Part shown: positions 44,091-47,146 of the stretch, piece by piece | How the letters are laid out: each line of letters begins with the position of its first letter | How positions within the stretch are numbered: position 1 is the first letter of the stretch | NCBI GenBank assembly: GCA_964625675.1 | Contig: CAZVCD010000002.1 | Coordinates: 1 to 47,146 of the forward strand | Length of the DNA: 47,146 nucleotides | Origin: an uncultured Victivallales bacterium | Lineage (GTDB): Bacteria; Verrucomicrobiota; Lentisphaeria; Victivallales; GWF2-38-69 | Reading direction: 5' to 3' | Program-made: the position numbers and the translations under genes | Notes under the pieces: generated by a model | Database searches by the model: none | What the model saw: the letters and a program-made list of their open reading frames with translations, nothing else | Told to the model about the DNA's origin: nothing

Positions 44091-46112
44091 ATGGTTAAAT
44101 ACAAAAAACTTGGGAACACGTATAACTTATATATAAAATCAGCCTCGGAGTTCCAGGATATACTTAAAATACACCCTTCCTTATGGATTGCCACAAGCGC
44201 ACCGTTAAATGCGTTTGAATTGAATAGCACATTTCTGAAGTATTTTAATTCAAATCCTAACACTAGAATAACTTACATTGAAATACAGCAGGCTGTTAAG
44301 TGGCTGATTGAAGTTTTGAGTAATTATAACGGTATTAACGATAAATTGGATCACATATGTCTTGATTGGATAAATAGAGAGCATCCCGATGGATCAATTA
44401 TTTTTTCTGAAACAGAAAAAATATTAAATCGTATCGGGTGTGATAATTTGAATGAAATATCACTGGAGCAGATCGGAGCAGTTAAGGCTGAGGTAGAGAA
44501 ATATCCGGTAAGTGAAAGTGGAGTAGCTATTGTGGATGCAGCCTCTACCGAGGAATTAAAATGTTACATGCAACATGTAATAGATGTAACTGGCGGAGAA
44601 GATCACATAACCGGCGTGAAAGGGGTTGGTGCATCAGTTCTTGAGAAGTTTAATCAAAAACTCAATGATTATATTACATGGCATGGATGTTATACTGATG
44701 CTTTACAGGGGAAAAATAAAGAACTATTACCCTGGGGAGAGGATACTGACAGTATCTTTCAGCAATATTTAAAATTTAAAAATAAAATTGATCAATATTT
44801 TATTCAATGCAAGACCTTTTTCTTTTCAAAACAGGTTTCTGATAATGTTACTTTTCTGAGTGATACTGAATTTGATAAAGTGAATTGGCATGAAGTTAAA
44901 GAACTGGAACAGTTCCTTATGAATGCACCATTAGCCAGACCAAACGATAAAGTGATGCTTGACTTAACTAAGGCCGAAATGATCAATCCTCTCTTTCTAG
45001 AAGAATTAAAGATATTTTTAGCTCGGGTGTCGGGGGAGGGGAAAGTTAAAAGCGAACAGCTTAATACTGCCTTATGGTCTAAAATTAAAGCTTTGTTTAG
45101 TAGCTATCAGGCTTGGTTTGATGGAAATCCGTCTTCAGCAATGGATAGTATAGATTTATCTTTATTAAAACATTATAAAGATAGTTCGTATTATGAAAGC
45201 ATTATGAAGATTATTGAATCATGTGAAGAAACAGCAATTGAAATGAATAATATTCGACTGATTGAAAAACTTATTTCCTTTCAAAAAAATATGCTGATTT
45301 TTGTTAATAATTTTGTGAGTATGCCATTGCTCTATGACTGTAAGAATAAAGCTTTATTTGAAAAAGGTTCTTTATTAATCGATGGAAGACAGATGGACTT
45401 TAGTATTCTAGTTGAAAATAAAGCTGCTCATATGAAAATAGCTAAAGCCTGCAATATATTCGTACTATATTTAGAAATAACACCTGATTCTTTAAAAAAA
45501 TATACAATTGTTGTTCCTGTAACTAATGGTCGTAAAGGTAACCTAACAATAGGAAAACGCGGAGTTTTTATTGATAATAAAGGATCAGTTTCAGATGCAG
45601 TTGTCGTAGATCTTATTGAAAATCCAATCAGTCTTAGGGAAGCACTGCTTTATCCGTTTAAAAAAATAGGCTCTGTCTTTTCCAATCGTTTCAGTGCAAT
45701 AAGTAAGGATACTGATACAGCTTTTTCTAAATCAGTTACAGATGTTTCGCAGGGAAAATCTATTTCCCAGAAAGCTCCTGCAGGCAAAACTTCTGCATTT
45801 AATCCGGCTTCTCTGCTTATGGGCGGCGGTATTGCAATTGCTGCACTGGGCTCTTCTTTTGCTTATATTATGAGCAAACTATCTTCTATCTCTCCTTTAA
45901 AAATACTTTTGACAATTGTTGCAATAATAGCCCTCTTTATATTAATTACATTGATTACTACTTACTTTAAGTTAAAACGCAGGGATTTTAGCCCTATTCT
46001 AGAAGGCTCCGGTTGGGCTATTAATACGAAATTGAAATTGACAAGAAGACTTGCTCGAATTTACACGCAAAGGCCTGCATGGCCCAAAGGAACAAAAAGA
46101 AAGCGGTTTTAG
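44091..46112 (+). CDS. Conserved-looking hypothetical protein, 673 aa, C-terminal membrane anchor
   Basis: A long uninterrupted ORF with two C-terminal TM helices (GGGIAIAALGSSFAYI, LKILLTIVAIIALFILITLITTYF) and a basic tail. No family recognised. Confidence 0.6.
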   Translation: MVKYKKLGNTYNLYIKSASEFQDILKIHPSLWIATSAPLNAFELNSTFLKYFNSNPNTRITYIEIQQAVKWLIEVLSNYNGINDKLDHICLDWINREHPDGSIIFSETEKILNRIGCDNLNEISLEQIGAVKAEVEKYPVSESGVAIVDAASTEELKCYMQHVIDVTGGEDHITGVKGVGASVLEKFNQKLNDYITWHGCYTDALQGKNKELLPWGEDTDSIFQQYLKFKNKIDQYFIQCKTFFFSKQVSDNVTFLSDTEFDKVNWHEVKELEQFLMNAPLARPNDKVMLDLTKAEMINPLFLEELKIFLARVSGEGKVKSEQLNTALWSKIKALFSSYQAWFDGNPSSAMDSIDLSLLKHYKDSSYYESIMKIIESCEETAIEMNNIRLIEKLISFQKNMLIFVNNFVSMPLLYDCKNKALFEKGSLLIDGRQMDFSILVENKAAHMKIAKACNIFVLYLEITPDSLKKYTIVVPVTNGRKGNLTIGKRGVFIDNKGSVSDAVVVDLIENPISLREALLYPFKKIGSVFSNRFSAISKDTDTAFSKSVTDVSQGKSISQKAPAGKTSAFNPASLLMGGGIAIAALGSSFAYIMSKLSSISPLKILLTIVAIIALFILITLITTYFKLKRRDFSPILEGSGWAINTKLKLTRRLARIYTQRPAWPKGTKRKRF

Positions 46113-46149
46113 GTGTCTTACTTTTTAGCATGCAATGTTAAATAAATTT

Positions 46150-46304
46150 AGTGTACAGGAATTTGCTTTTTAAATTCTTTATAATCAACATAATCATGAT
46201 TTCAAACAGAAGTAAAAAGATCCGCCTTCGCCAGAGGCTTCCGTCTTCGCATAAAGCTTCGCCGAGATAAAATGGCGGGACAAGCAAAAACAAGATTTAT
46301 CTTG
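46150..46304 (+). repeat. Family-1 repeat carrying a 64-nt GC-rich insertion (46221-46284)
   Basis: The head, body and tail are as in 17504-17618. TCCGCCTTCGCCAGAGGCTTCCGTCTTCGCATAAAGCTTCGCCGAGATAAAATGGCGGGACAAG is inserted between AAAAAGA and CAAAAACAAG. The element abuts the stop codon at 46305. Confidence 0.85.
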
Positions 46305-46982
46305 TTATTTATACTCTGGAATGACCCTGATACTAAAGTTGAAAAATGGGAATATTGGAAGAAATCCGTTTTCCATATAGTTTATTAGTCCAAATTGAAA
46401 AGCTAAGGAATTTTTATTGTAATTAAGATTCAAAAGACCTATCTGAGAACCACTGAAGTCTTTCGAGTTGTTAGCAAGGCCCAGCTGCAATCCACTTGAA
46501 TTTTTACCCTGATAATTTAATAAACCCAATTGAGCACCGGAACTGTTCTTTGAATTTATATTTCCTACGGCTAACTGAACACCGGAAAAGTTGTTTTCAT
46601 TATAATTACAGCAGGCTATTTGCAGGGCATTTATTGAACTACCTAACATATTCGCAAAGGCAAGCTGAACCCCATCTACTTTTTTTGTATTGAAAGTAAC
46701 CATGGCAGCCTGTAAACCATTAATTGCTTTAGTCTGAGATATTATTGCAAATTCAACTCCGTTGACTTTATATTTATCAATATCATCAATAGTGTAGGCC
46801 CATGGAACTCCAAATTTAACGCCTCCAACATTTTTTGCACCCGGCCAGTTTTTCACACCCGGCCATACTGAAAACTGAATAGGGGTATAATCCATATTTT
46901 TGTTGTTATTAGATGCGAATGATGTTAATGCCGTCAGCATTATAACTGCAATAAGAATTGTTAAAGGTATTTGTTTTTTCAT
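46305..46982 (-). CDS. Secreted repeat protein (G-x-Q-[LIF]-[GA]-x-x-N repeats)
   Basis: Signal peptide. About 8 repeats, such as GVQLAFAN, GVQLAVGN, GAQLGLLN, GLQLGLAN, GSQIGLLN and AFQFGLIN. C-terminus GFLPIFPFFNF. Confidence 0.7.
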   Translation of the reverse strand: MKKQIPLTILIAVIMLTALTSFASNNNKNMDYTPIQFSVWPGVKNWPGAKNVGGVKFGVPWAYTIDDIDKYKVNGVEFAIISQTKAINGLQAAMVTFNTKKVDGVQLAFANMLGSSINALQIACCNYNENNFSGVQLAVGNINSKNSSGAQLGLLNYQGKNSSGLQLGLANNSKDFSGSQIGLLNLNYNKNSLAFQFGLINYMENGFLPIFPFFNFSIRVIPEYK

Positions 46983-47002
46983 CTTTTCCCTCCAAATATT
47001 TT

Positions 47003-47146
47003 AAGTGTATAGGAATTTGCTTTTTAACTTCCTAATAATCAACTTAGTCATGATTTCAAACAGAAGTAAAAAGATCCGCCTTCGCCAGAGGCTTCCGTCT
47101 TCGCATAAAGCTTCGCCGAGATAAAATGGCGGGACAAGCAAAAACA
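47003..47146 (+). repeat. Family-1 repeat with the identical 64-nt GC-rich insertion (47075-47138), cut by the window end
   Basis: The insert is identical base-for-base to 46221-46284. The flanking family-1 sequence differs at several positions. Confidence 0.85.

Noticed and set aside
46221-46284. The 64-nt GC-rich insert as a tRNA or other known small RNA gene
   Set aside because: It has no cloverleaf-compatible pairing. The interior is pyrimidine-rich on one strand with no internal complement, and only the terminal CCGCC/GGCGG arms pair.
1-47146. Prophage, integrative element or defence island (integrase, transposase, restriction, toxin-antitoxin, nuclease or helicase genes)
   Set aside because: No translation in the six-frame track shows the hallmark motifs of these classes. 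Gene content is overwhelmingly housekeeping, so I do not claim a novel defence or mobile protein system here.

Overview
This is an AT-rich bacterial chromosomal segment. Lipobox lipoproteins and a sigma-54 NtrC-type two-component pair suggest a Gram-negative-type organism; I cannot assign a taxon from sequence alone. I support about 33 protein genes, mostly housekeeping or metabolic: comM, a periplasmic sugar-binding lipoprotein, a Cache-HAMP-PP2C phosphatase, two GT4 glycosyltransferases plus folP, purA, mgtA, a TGS-uridine-kinase-like protein, hflX, proC, a large MscS/MscK-type channel, an AMP-nucleosidase-like gene, serA-serC-DUF1015, a secreted GH15 glucoamylase-like enzyme, a histidine kinase with a sigma-54 activator, and GT2. 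I saw no rRNA, tRNA, CRISPR array, transposase, integrase, phage gene or recognisable defence-system gene, so I cannot claim a novel multi-gene system here. Five things stand out. (1) Two families of dispersed intergenic repeats. One is a 95-nt element bounded by TTATACC...GGTATAA inverted termini; it sits just upstream of several start codons and has apparently truncated an ABC-ATPase gene. The other is a roughly 90-155-nt element, two copies of which carry an identical 64-nt GC-rich insertion. (2) A radical-SAM (YhcC/TIGR01212-type) :: MnmC-methyltransferase fusion joined by an Asp/Asn/Lys linker encoded by a hexanucleotide repeat. (3) A transglutaminase-like gene split by an ACAG tandem duplication at its catalytic Cys motif. 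(4) A secreted Met- and Cys-Pro-rich tandem-repeat protein, and an unlisted 36-aa Lys-rich ORF. (5) A 575-nt repeat-containing region upstream of mgtA. All calls rest on reading the translations and the DNA by eye. No database search was run.
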